Source: Okeania sp. SIO1F9
Lineage (GTDB): Bacteria; Cyanobacteriota; Cyanobacteriia; Cyanobacteriales; Microcoleaceae
NCBI RefSeq assembly: GCF_010672745.1
Contig: NZ_JAAHFW010000035.1
Coordinates: forward strand, 8,973-72,972
Length of the DNA: 64,000 bases
Direction: 5' to 3'
The notes under the pieces are model-generated. The model saw only the letters and a program-made list of their open reading frames with translations. It made no database searches and had not been told where the DNA came from. Below are positions 31,670 to 41,527 of this stretch, piece after piece (position 1 is the first letter of the stretch; every line of letters starts with the position of its first letter). Position numbers and translations under genes: made by a program.

Positions 31670-32383
31670 ATGACAATTCCTTTAATGTACTACCCACTCT
31701 CTAGTCAAAACCATCGGGTTCAAAAATTTGATGTTCCAGGAGATGAATATCCTAAACAATACACTTTAGAGAACCTGCCTACTGCTACAGAGATGGATGA
31801 GATTATCTGGGCAGCCTATCGGCAAATTTTCAATGAGCAGCAAATGATCGCAGCACATCGACAGGTTGCTCTGGAGTCCCAACTGCGCAATGGTCAGATT
31901 ACAATGAAAGATTTCATTCAAGGTTTGTTGCTTTCTGAGTCATTCCGGCGACTGATCTATGATAGCAACAGTAACTATCGTTGTGTTGAGCTTTGTATTC
32001 AAAGGGTTTTAGGACGTCCTGTCTATAACAATCAAGAGAAACTTGCCTGGTCTATTGTATTGGCAACAAAAGGACTTCAGGGTTTTGTCAATGACCTGTT
32101 AAACAGCGAAGAATATGACAAGTATTTTGGCTATAACTTTGTTCCCTATCAACGTTGCCGAATTTTACCCCAACGCACTCAGGGAGAGTTACCTTTTGCT
32201 CGAATGGCTCGTTACGACAGCTATTACCTAGAGCAGTTATATCAAACAGGGCAACTACGGAAATTTTATCCAGGTATGTTAGATAGTAGCGCTCGTGCTT
32301 ATCGCAAAGCTCTATCATTTGTGGGAATACTCTCTGTAGCAGTGTTATTAGTTACTCTGATTCTAGTACTTTCGCCCAAATAA
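31670..32383 (+). CDS. cpcG: Phycobilisome rod-core linker of the CpcG family with a C-terminal hydrophobic anchor (CpcL/CpcG2-type)
   Basis: The N-terminus 'MTIPLMYYPLSSQNHRVQKF' and the PBS-linker domain ('AAYRQIFNEQQ...LESQLRNGQITMKDFIQGLLLSESFRRL') are present. The C-terminal transmembrane tail 'VGILSVAVLLVTLILVLSPK' is typical of the PSI-associated CpcL. Confidence 0.65.
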   Translation: MTIPLMYYPLSSQNHRVQKFDVPGDEYPKQYTLENLPTATEMDEIIWAAYRQIFNEQQMIAAHRQVALESQLRNGQITMKDFIQGLLLSESFRRLIYDSNSNYRCVELCIQRVLGRPVYNNQEKLAWSIVLATKGLQGFVNDLLNSEEYDKYFGYNFVPYQRCRILPQRTQGELPFARMARYDSYYLEQLYQTGQLRKFYPGMLDSSARAYRKALSFVGILSVAVLLVTLILVLSPK

Positions 32384-32922
32384 TATCAATAATCAGGACT
32401 TAGGCAAAATATGAAATCATACACCATCTGTAGTTAAAATTGTACTTTTCCTCTACTATATGTGGTAATTATGCGTAAGCCCTGTAATAAATGTAACATT
32501 ATGACAAACATCACAAAAACTTACATATCTACTTCACTCGATCGACACCAAAAAATCACGGTTGGTTGTACCATTAATCACTACCAAATCAGGAAAAAGA
32601 GTGGATGATTAAAATATAGAATTCAAGGTTAATCTTATGCTTCAAATTAACTTACTTCCCGGTGCAATCAACGAAATTATGGCTTCTGCTGCCAAAAGTG
32701 GCTTTCTCACAAAATTAGACTGCTATGGCCTCATGGCTGCTGTATTAGACGATTCTCTAAGCACAGAAGATCGTTCTACTGTTAAGCGACTTTCATATTT
32801 TGTACTCAGAGGATGGGTACGAGTAGAGTAGACATAGAGTTGGCGATCGATACTTTGTCTAAATGTTATGCCTCAACAAATTCATCAGGAAATGCTTACC
32901 TTCTTCCTTCTTCCTTCTTTTC

Positions 32923-33843
32923 CTAAAACAAAAAAATCATCCGAATAATTCCCACAGTAATAGTGTCATTATCTTCATCATGTTCGGGATTAATAACTAC
33001 TAAAACTCCCGGATTAATTGAAATATTGTCATTAATTTGATAACGATAAAAACCCTCTAAATGCCAAGCTGTATCATCATCATCTGGACCATTATCAGTA
33101 TCAGTTACTTTAGGTGGATTTCCAATTACAAAACCAAGCAAACTTCCCTGTTTACCTAAGTCAGTAAATCCTAAAGTAACTGCCCAATTAAAAATAGTTG
33201 CTTCATCTCCTTCCTTAACAAGACCAACAGATTTTTCAGCATCAGCAAAACTCCATCCAGTCCAACCGGAAACTGTGAAATTATTCAAAGCACGCCAACT
33301 TCCTTGAATACCTAAATGATCTGCGGAAGTGGGAACTAAATTACCAAAGGGTGCATTTGCTCTTCTACTACCTGTTGCTGCTGAGACAAATAACTTTCTT
33401 TTTGGATAGTAAGAACGTACATAAGTAACGCCAAAACGGAGGCGATCGCTTGGTCGAATATCTAGTTGTGCTAAACCTGCATTACTACCATTAAAAAATC
33501 CATTACTTTCTGTTGGGTTTTCCGGATCTCTTGCTAAATATCCTAATGATAAACTGACCGATTTATTAATATTATAAACAACTGTTACTCCAGCACCTCG
33601 TGCCCCTTGAGCATAGATAGGATTGAAGCGTCCAAACCTAGAAATTGCCCCTGATATTCTCTTTGCAAAAAGTCTGTTGAAGTTATCAGAAACATTCATA
33701 TTAAACCTACCACCAATAGCATCAACATGAACTCTAAATTTTTTCCCAATGGGAAAACGATAGAATAATTTACCAATATCAACAGTATTATTAGTATTTC
33801 TTTGAAACGCTAAACGAGTCATATTTGTTCCAGTTATTGGCAC
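32923..33843 (-). pseudogene. OprB-family outer-membrane porin, C-terminal beta-barrel portion only (the N-terminal SLH/coiled-coil half is missing)
   Basis: The barrel ends in a terminal aromatic residue ('...GIIRMIFLF') and contains motifs of cyanobacterial OprB-type porins. At 306 aa it is far short of the usual >500 aa. There is no room for the N-terminal domain before the next gene remnant. Confidence 0.5.
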
Positions 33844-33931
33844 TCCATAGGCAACTATCCTCTACAATCAATTTGGCTCACTTCCTGAAGTTACACCTTT
33901 TCTAGATGGGATTAAACCAGTTGTTCTATCC

Positions 33932-34285
33932 TTAATTTTTAGGTGGTACTCCTTGCAAAGCAGTAATCAGAGGTCTGACCGCTCGACTAATCAAAGGTTT
34001 TATACCAGCTATTATTCCGAGGAAACTGCCACTTAATGTTGCTATTGTGAAGCCACTAATTGCATTTAAACTAGTAGTTAAAATAGCTAAAGTTAATTTA
34101 TTTGCCGTTGCCAAATTTTTCAGAGCGACTAGAGTTTCTAGAGGAGAAGGTAGAATGATTGAACTATAGTGCATTGCTAGTAGTTGCCATATAGTTATAA
34201 ATCCTAAAAAGCCGATTAATTCAGGTAAAATAACTTGAATTAGTTTGAATATATTTTTATCAAATTTATCAGATTGAATCATCAA
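33932..34285 (-). pseudogene. ABC-transporter permease (NitT/TauT family-like), N-terminal 117 aa only
   Basis: Permease-like N-terminus with transmembrane helices, cut off after ~117 aa where full-length proteins run to ~260 aa. It abuts the porin remnant, consistent with a deletion joining the two. Confidence 0.4.
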
Positions 34286-34312
34286 CTTGACTATGTTATT
34301 TTAAACTTGAAC

Positions 34313-34478
34313 AGGACTTACGCAAAGACACTATATATAGCGTTTACCAATTTAGGCGATTGCTGACGCAAAGCTCCGCTAACGCTTAAAAAATCAAGTG
34401 CGATCGCCTCAAGATTTTGGGCATTTTTCAAACAAGAGTAAAAACACTTAATATAGTGTCCTTGCGTAAGTCCTGATT
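34313..34478. mobile_element. MITE / IS-end element bounded by 27-29-bp terminal inverted repeats (CAGGACTTACGCAAAGACACTATATAT ... ATATAGTGTCCTTGCGTAAGTCCTG)
   Basis: Perfect inverted termini. The internal sequence is shared, in opposite orientation, with 36497-36771 and with the 18.1-18.6 kb partial copies. Confidence 0.65.
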
Positions 34479-34640
34479 AAAATACATTTTAAGACATAGT
34501 TGTTTAACTTCAGGGTGATATGCTTTGGGTTTAGGAGATTCAACAAATTGATGTCCACAGTCGTGACAACGATAAGATTGTTTTTGCCGACGAAAACCAT
34601 TTTTCTTATAACGAGAAGATTGGCATTTGGGACAGTACAT
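34479..34640 (-). pseudogene. Remnant of an IS transposase N-terminus (InsA-like zinc ribbon)
   Basis: 'MYCPKCQSSRYKKNGFRRQKQSYRCHDCGHQF' is a CxxC...CxxC zinc-ribbon typical of IS1-family InsA and ORFA proteins. It stops after ~55 aa upon entering the MITE. No downstream transposase body is present. Confidence 0.45.
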
Positions 34641-34882
34641 TTTTTCTTGAGTTTGACAACAATTTTATTCTATAGCATTCTATATTCACTAACGCCTGAA
34701 AGTTTACATTAGGCATCTCCAATAATCAAAAATAAAATCAATTATCATACATAAATCATCAATTATTTCCCCCTACTCCCTACTCCCTACTCCCTACTCC
34801 CTCTTTTCCGGAGATGTCTATTTTTGAGAGTTGAATAGAGTGTAAGATGGTTAATCAGTTGTTGAATATAACTAAGATTATT

Positions 34883-36280
34883 ATGGCTCAGTCTCTAAAC
34901 GATCACCTTCACCTTTCTATCATTGCATGTGGTCACGCTGGTTCCGGTAAGTCCACCACCCTATGACACTTGATCTACAAATGCGGCTCGATTACCAAGC
35001 GTCAGATATCTACGTTTGAGAAAGAGTCTCTTGAAATGGGAAAGGGGTCTTCCAAGTATGCCTGGGTCATGGATAGAACTCCGGAGGAACGCGAGCGAGG
35101 TATGACCCTAGAGGTGAACTACTGGAGAATAAAAACGGAGAAATATTTCTGCCATCTCATTGATGTTCCCCATGCCATTGATCAAGTGATTAGTGCGGCC
35201 TCCCAAGCTGATGCTGCGATACTCATGGTTGATGCCAAAAAAGGAAGCTTTGAAGCTGGCTATGCTATGGACGGACAAACTCGCCAACACGCTTTCATAC
35301 TCTATTGCCTTGGTGTCAAGCAGCTTATTGTTGCTGTCAATCAGATGGATGCTGTTAACTATGACCAAGAGCGCTACAACGAGATTGTTCTAGAAATGAG
35401 TGAACTTCTCAAAAAAATTGGCTACAATCCGAAAGCAATTAGGTTTATTCCTATCTCTGGATGGACAGGTGAGAACTTCTTGGAACCAGCAAGTAATATG
35501 AGTTGGTATCAAGGTACTCATATTGAGATGATGAACAGGTACGGGAATTTGGTACGAGCTTCTTTTAAAACCCTCTTCGAGGCTATTAATACCTTTCTTC
35601 TACCTTCAGATGACTCTGGACCCATGCGTACCTGTGTCTCTAGAGTATTTCAACCCGGGGACGACCATAACCTACAGATTGGTAATGGTCGATTTTCATT
35701 TATGGGACATGTTGAACGTGGAATCCTTAAGCCGGGAGATGAAGTTGTCTTTTACCCCACTCACACCAACTCCAACCCTTGCACAGCTAGAATTACCAAT
35801 CTAGAGATTAGCCATGAGGAGACCACCTCCGCTAAGAAGGGTAACATTGTCAATTTTATTCTCGATGGTATTTCCCATGCTAACTCGCCCCATGTTGGTG
35901 ATGTCATGGTTCATAAATCCGACTCCTCTATTGGCAGGATTCGGAGCTTCCAAGCTCAGGTTATTGTGCAATCTCATTGTGGTTCGATTGAAGTTGGCTA
36001 CCAGACCACAGTCCTTATCAATAGTGCCCAGGTTGTAGTCCGCCTCACTGCTATCGAGCGTCAACTAGATAGAAGGGGTCGCACCATCGCTGAGAACCCC
36101 GCTAAGATTGAGGAAGGAGATGGTGCCATTGTTACATTTGAAGTCCAAGAACCTTTAACGGCAGAGCCATTCAAGGATTGTTCAGGACTGGGTCGGTTGA
36201 TTCTGATGGACGGTAATAAGAATTCTGAGGGCGTTGCCAATTTAATAGTTGGTGTCATCCGAGAGGTTGAACGTGTTTGA
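34883..36280 (+). pseudogene. Eukaryote/archaeon-type translation elongation factor 1-alpha (eEF1A/aEF1A)-like gene with degenerate GTPase motifs and an in-frame TGA at 34964-34966
   Basis: '[76 protein letters not shown]...' aligns residue-for-residue with eEF1A ('[61 protein letters not shown]'). The G-motifs are altered: GHVDSGKST to [9 protein letters not shown], DAPGH to DVPHA, and NKMD to NQMD. Domains II and III are recognisable through to 'GVIREVERV'. GC is higher than in the flanks and there is no HIP1 site. Confidence 0.7.
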
Positions 36281-36496
36281 CCTACCCATTGACATCCTCT
36301 CCCGCTAAATCGAAGATTATAGCGGGAGATTCCCAAACATCGCTATTTGGGTTCCGGGTTTAAGTAGCAATTGTGCAAGAAACCCCGTTAAGGTATTTGC
36401 GATCGCGCTCTCCAATTAAACCTCTCTGAGAAAAAACCCTGAGACCCTTGATTTATCGTTATAAATTTCTGCACCAAATAAACTACAGTTTATTAA

Positions 36497-36771
36497 CAGG
36501 ACTTACGCAAGGACACTATATATGGTGCTTAGCGTTCAGACTATCTCTATATTGGCACTGCTTACTAGGTTCCTCTGAGCGATCGCCTGAACTCCAAAAC
36601 ATAACTAATAGATATCTCCGAAAAAGAATCTGAAATCCCTGTGTATAGGTAAAAATATAATTTCTAGAGATGTTTAATGGAATATTCACTAACATAGGCG
36701 ATCGCACTTGATTTTTTAAGCGACCGCCTAAATTGGTAAACTCTATATATAGTGTCTTTGCGTAAGTCCTG
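36497..36771. mobile_element. MITE of the same family (TIRs CAGGACTTACGCAAGGACACTATATAT ... ATATATAGTGTCTTTGCGTAAGTCCTG), ~275 bp
   Basis: Inverted termini. The internal segment 'GGCGATCGCACTTGATTTTTTAAGCGACCGCCTAAATTGGTAAA' is the reverse complement of the core of the 34313-34478 copy. Confidence 0.65.
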
Positions 36772-37026
36772 TTGAATATAATCTTGACAGGATTTATCGC
36801 AGAAGGAACACAGAGTAATATAATTCCCTTGATCATCATACAATGCGTAGGGGCGAATGGCCATTTGTGCTCCGCAAAGCTCCGAATGGCGCCCCTACAA
36901 TATAGACTCTTAATCTTAAACAATGCTGAATAACACTGATGCGACCAGATTTGAGATCAAACCCTTGTAGGAATGTTCCATGGAACGCCCCTACATTCTT
37001 TTTCGGAAGGAAAGCAAGTTGAAAAC

Positions 37027-38514
37027 CTACGAAGCACTTCCAATTACAATATCGCGCACCCGCACAGGTACACAACTATGAGTCATTTGAGCTATCTGCA
37101 TCGGTTCCCCTTTCCCACAAATATTAGTACCACACTGCTCCCTTTCTGCAACAGTTCCCACCGCATCAACACTATTCCAAAAATCTGTTGTCATCGAATG
37201 ATAAGTCACATCTTTCAACATTCCCACAACTTTGCCTTTTTTCACCTGCCAAAAAGCATCTCCACCAAATTGAAAATTCCGTCGCTGTTGGTCAATAGAA
37301 AAACTACCAACACCATCAATTAAAATCCCATCTTCAGTATCAGCAATCATTTCATCTAAACTAGCAGTATGACTACCACCATCAGGACCCGCTTCTAACC
37401 CCAAATTCGGAATGCGTACCATCGGTACACTCGACCAACTGTCAGCAAAAGCACAACCATTACTACTACCACGTCCAAGTCGGTAAGCTGTTTCTCGGTC
37501 TGTGAGATAATCAACTAATATCCCATCCTTAACAACATACCATTCTTGTGACTTCACACCCTCATCATCATATCCCATTGTACTACGACCACCTGGTTGA
37601 GTGCGATCGCATTTAAAATTAACCCAGGGAGCAGCATATTGAAGTTTACCCATTTTATCGGTAGTGGCAAAACTTGTACCAGCAAAATTAGATTCATAAC
37701 CATAAACCCTATCTAATTCGGTGGGGTGTCCAACAGATTCGTGGATGGTTAAAAATAGATTCGTTGGTTTTAAAATTAGGGTGGAGCGAACATCCGCAGG
37801 TCCTTTGGGAGCATAAACTTTTGCAATTGCTTCCTCAGCAACCCGTTCTACTTGACTCAATAGATCCGTGGGGTTAATATGCTCATAACCAATATTCAAA
37901 GGAGGTCGTTCGTAACTGCGACTTTGAGCATCACCATTAGCAATAGCTGTACAAGTAAACCCAGGATAACTACGGTAAATTGTTTGCTCAATTAAGGAAT
38001 CATTTGTAGAAGCAAATATTTTCTCTTCTTTAGTAAACCGGAGAAAAGAAGCAGCTTTTTTCACTCCTCGCTCCTCATAACTCAATAATTTCTCATTCAA
38101 ATTTAGAAGTAATTCTGCTTTTTCCCCAATGGGTACTGTAAAAGGGTCAATTTCAATCGGAGTAATATAACTATCGCGGTGGGTTTCCACAGGTACTAAC
38201 TTTACAGGTGTTTGTTGACAGAGACGACTACCCTTAGCAATATCTACTGCCAGAGCAACAACTCTAGCTACCTCTTCTAGACTTTGGCGATGACTGGCAG
38301 CAAAACCCCATGCACCATTGAGCAAAACTCTCACCCCAAAACCAGAATTGACCTTATCTTCTAATCTGTTGAGAGAGCGATCGCGAGCTGTTAAATTTTG
38401 AGAACGATAAATACATAAGCGAATATCTCCATATTCACATCCGGACTGACGAATTAAGTCTATTGCGAAGGTAGCTAATTCTGTAGTTTTAATCTTTGCT
38501 GGTGCTTGTACCAT
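37027..38514 (-). CDS. tldD: TldD/PmbA-family metalloprotease (TldD-like)
   Basis: ~495 aa. The N-terminus 'YGDIRL...' and the C-terminal 'GxxxE...HSC' region are typical of the TldD/PmbA family. Confidence 0.75.
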   Translation of the reverse strand: MVQAPAKIKTTELATFAIDLIRQSGCEYGDIRLCIYRSQNLTARDRSLNRLEDKVNSGFGVRVLLNGAWGFAASHRQSLEEVARVVALAVDIAKGSRLCQQTPVKLVPVETHRDSYITPIEIDPFTVPIGEKAELLLNLNEKLLSYEERGVKKAASFLRFTKEEKIFASTNDSLIEQTIYRSYPGFTCTAIANGDAQSRSYERPPLNIGYEHINPTDLLSQVERVAEEAIAKVYAPKGPADVRSTLILKPTNLFLTIHESVGHPTELDRVYGYESNFAGTSFATTDKMGKLQYAAPWVNFKCDRTQPGGRSTMGYDDEGVKSQEWYVVKDGILVDYLTDRETAYRLGRGSSNGCAFADSWSSVPMVRIPNLGLEAGPDGGSHTASLDEMIADTEDGILIDGVGSFSIDQQRRNFQFGGDAFWQVKKGKVVGMLKDVTYHSMTTDFWNSVDAVGTVAEREQCGTNICGKGEPMQIAQMTHSCVPVRVRDIVIGSAS

Positions 38515-38642
38515 TCTATGTTAATCTGAATTTTATCTAATTTATTTTATATAATGCACCATTTTTGTCCAAAATTTTAGTTTGTAGGTTGTAGGTTAAT
38601 CAAAAATGATTGTAGATTTGAGAGAATCGTGAGGAGTTTGCT

Positions 38643-40109
38643 ATGCCTAATCAATATTTATCTCCAAAAAATCTGTTAAAATCAAAATTTTTATTAAAAT
38701 TTATTGGATTAGTAGGAACACTGGTAATTAATTGGAGTTTTACTCGGCCAGTTTTTGCAGCCTTCTTAACAAACTGGTTTTTTGACCCAGACAATAATCA
38801 ACTCCAGTTTACTCTCCCATCAGGTACAGCTCCTAGTTTTTCTTTAGAAAATAAACCAGCTCGTCTAATTGTATACATTCCCAATACAGAGGTTAGTGTA
38901 GATGTGACTGAGTTATATCCGGCAGGTTTGGTGCGCCGAGTTAGTCTTTCTCAAGAGCAACCAGAACAAGCAAAAGTTATTATAGATTTTGCTCCAGAAG
39001 TGGTTATCTCTAGCAAACAAGTACAATTAGAACAAGTCGAACCACAGGAAAATAGTTGGCAGTTAAGTTTGCTTGTAGCTGAAGGGGAATTTTCAGAGCC
39101 AGCAGAGGCCATAATTTCAGGGCCGACTGAGCCAGAAAATACAGAATTAGAAAATGCTCAAACTACCAACCAACAGCTAACTGAGCCAGAAAATACAGAA
39201 TTAGAAAATGCTCAAACTACCCAAGAAGAAGAAAATAATCAAACTTCTACTCAACCAAAGCAAGATAGTGTAGGTTTATTAGACACTGCTCCGGAACAAG
39301 AATCTCCTTTACCAAACCCAGGCCCTTCTGCGGAGCCTTCCGTACCATTTCTGGTCATTCCCACTGACAGGCCAGGTAGATTTAGATCTCCAATAGTAGA
39401 TGCTTTTGATAATGAAAAGCCTGAAACGGAAACTTCTCAGGTTGTAGAAACACCGACACTTCAGACTAGAGAGGAACAAGAGACGGTTATTTCACTTCCT
39501 CCAGAGTCCAGAGAAAAATCAAAATACAATACTACAGAATCAGTAGGTGTAATTACTTTTGGAGAACCTTTGCCGGGGTCATCGGGACAAAAACAATCTG
39601 AAGATGATTCTTCCATATTAATTGAGGAAGGAGAAGTTGTAGGTTTAATTTATCCATCTCAAGATGTTACATTACCACGAGATATTGAGATACAGGAAGT
39701 TTTGCTGCTCAAAGAGGCGATCATTGACGAATCTGGTAGAGTTATAGTACCAGCTAGAACGCCTGTAGTTGGTGGTTTTGATACTACTACTCAGGGAAGT
39801 AAATTTATCGCCAGGGCTATATATGTAGATGAGCGCTTAATTCCTTTTTCTGCTGAATCAGAATTACTCCGAGGCCATCGTAATATAAATGAAAAAGTTT
39901 TGGCTGCCAGTAGCGCTGGTGGGGGGTTAGGATTATTACTGCTGACGGGTTCAGGTTTTGGTTTTCTGGCAGGAGCAGCTCTTGGTGCTGGTAGTGTTGT
40001 TCTTACTTCTCCTCGTTCTGTTACCCTAGAAGGCGATAATATCATAGAAGTTCGTGTAGTTGAGGATTTACCTCGTTCTAGGTTCTACGAAGATATTGGC
40101 AGTTTTTAG
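38643..40109 (+). CDS. Exported or membrane-anchored repeat protein with a possible TrbI/VirB10-like C-terminal domain
   Basis: An N-terminal hydrophobic segment, then an acidic/Thr-rich linker with a 2x54-bp direct repeat ('TEPENTELENAQTT'). The C-terminal 'VVGLIYPSQDVTLPRD...GRVIVPARTPVVGG' loosely resembles the VirB10/TrbI beta-barrel domain. Confidence 0.3.
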   Translation: MPNQYLSPKNLLKSKFLLKFIGLVGTLVINWSFTRPVFAAFLTNWFFDPDNNQLQFTLPSGTAPSFSLENKPARLIVYIPNTEVSVDVTELYPAGLVRRVSLSQEQPEQAKVIIDFAPEVVISSKQVQLEQVEPQENSWQLSLLVAEGEFSEPAEAIISGPTEPENTELENAQTTNQQLTEPENTELENAQTTQEEENNQTSTQPKQDSVGLLDTAPEQESPLPNPGPSAEPSVPFLVIPTDRPGRFRSPIVDAFDNEKPETETSQVVETPTLQTREEQETVISLPPESREKSKYNTTESVGVITFGEPLPGSSGQKQSEDDSSILIEEGEVVGLIYPSQDVTLPRDIEIQEVLLLKEAIIDESGRVIVPARTPVVGGFDTTTQGSKFIARAIYVDERLIPFSAESELLRGHRNINEKVLAASSAGGGLGLLLLTGSGFGFLAGAALGAGSVVLTSPRSVTLEGDNIIEVRVVEDLPRSRFYEDIGSF

Positions 40110-40156
40110 AGGTAGAGATATTTTCTACTCCCTACTCCCTGGTATAGTTAAATCAA

Positions 40157-40666
40157 CTAGAAGTTATTTTCAGGTGCATTCCCCCCAGGTCCTAACTGAC
40201 CGGGCAAGAAAAGGTTTTGAGCACTATCGTTTTGATAGATACAATTAATCTCTGGATCGTCATTAATATTTCCTGTATAACCAAAGGTATTCATGCGGTT
40301 TTTACAATCACGTACTTGCTCATTGTTGACTAAGTTTCTTTTCTCTAGAATTGACCAGTTATTTCTGCGGATGACACACCCTGGTTTTATGTTTGGTTGA
40401 GATACATATACATTAAAAGGATTTAGAGTCAAGAAAACTCTCATATTCATTACCATAGCACTAGCTCCAAACTGTACACAAAGTTCTGGGTTTGGTACGC
40501 TGCGATCGATAAATTCACGAGAGGCCACATTTTGGGGAGTAAAGTTAGCGGTAGAGCTAAAGGCAATGCCAATGCCAATACCTAAAACAAATACTCCTCC
40601 TAAAATTGCTATAGTGGCATAGTTGAATCTAGATGGTTGGGTGGTAGTTTGAGGTCTACGTTTCAT
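40157..40666 (-). CDS. Conserved hypothetical membrane protein (single N-terminal transmembrane helix), DUF3172-like
   Basis: A basic N-terminus, a transmembrane helix 'IAILGGVFVLGIGIGIAF', and a conserved 'CVQFGASAMV' block. 169 aa. Confidence 0.35.
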   Translation of the reverse strand: MKRRPQTTTQPSRFNYATIAILGGVFVLGIGIGIAFSSTANFTPQNVASREFIDRSVPNPELCVQFGASAMVMNMRVFLTLNPFNVYVSQPNIKPGCVIRRNNWSILEKRNLVNNEQVRDCKNRMNTFGYTGNINDDPEINCIYQNDSAQNLFLPGQLGPGGNAPENNF

Positions 40667-41178
40667 ATAAATAAAAGTTAAGTTATGGAGCTTAGGCTAT
40701 AAACTAATAGTGGACGAGCTAAATTTAGATTTTTACTTTCCTAGTTTGACAAGCAAGTATGTATAATTTTACCAGGTAGGTTATTTGTCCTTAAGTAAGC
40801 ATAAATAACCATCAGTAAATTACCTAATTTGGAAATTTTTTGATTAATACTATCATAATTCTCAAATTAGAACGATTAAGTCAAAATTTAAAGGTCAAAA
40901 GTCAGATAACCCCCTAGTTGAGTAATGTTAAGTTTTATGTTATAATATTTCCAATATATGCTCATAATTTTTGAGTGTAGGCCAAAATATATATCAAATA
41001 ATATTTAGCTATATGTTTGTTTTCGGGTAAGTTCTAATGAGTTAGCATTCCTGAAAGGTAAAATATTTGGCAAATATTATTGAACAGAGTTAAGTATTTC
41101 TACTTTATGTCTAGCCTAAGCATTGGTCTAGACTAATGTGTCTATGTCGTATTAGAATTTTTTAATCAGGATAGAGTA

Positions 41179-41466
41179 GTGTCTGTCGAGACTATAGAAA
41201 AGCGTTCCACTTCCACAGTCCGTAAACCTGCACCACGTTATCGTGTTTTACTCCATAACGATGATTTTAATAGTATGGAGTATGTAGTGCAAGCATTGAT
41301 GAAGACAGTGCCGAGTCTAACTCAACCCCAAGCTGTCGATATTATGATGGAAGCTCACAGTAATGGTATTGCATTGGTGATTACCTGCGCTTTAGAACAC
41401 GCTGAGTTTTATTGCGAAAATTTAAAAAATCAGGGACTAACTAGCACTATAGAACCTGATGAGTGA
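41179..41466 (+). CDS. clpS: ATP-dependent Clp protease adaptor ClpS
   Basis: 'RYRVLLHNDDFNSMEYVVQALMK' matches the ClpS core. ~95 aa. Confidence 0.85.
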   Translation: MSVETIEKRSTSTVRKPAPRYRVLLHNDDFNSMEYVVQALMKTVPSLTQPQAVDIMMEAHSNGIALVITCALEHAEFYCENLKNQGLTSTIEPDE

Positions 41467-41527
41467 TTTAATTGTAATATAGAAGCCGAGTTTCTACCTT
41501 GAGAAGCTCGGTTTCTCATTTGTATAG

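Noticed and set aside
34883-36280. Eukaryotic contamination as the explanation for the eEF1A-like and MVP-like sequences
   Set aside because: Both loci are contiguous with cyanobacterial genes. They are flanked by STRR heptamers, HIP1 sites and the cyanobacterial MITE family, and the MVP locus contains internal HIP1 sites. They are integrated, not contaminant.
36516-36923. ORFs 36516..36923, 36664..36864 and 34428..34640 (part)
   Set aside because: They read through MITE terminal repeats (the TIR translates as QDLRKDTI) and MITE internal sequence. They are not independent genes, apart from the InsA-like stub outside the MITE.
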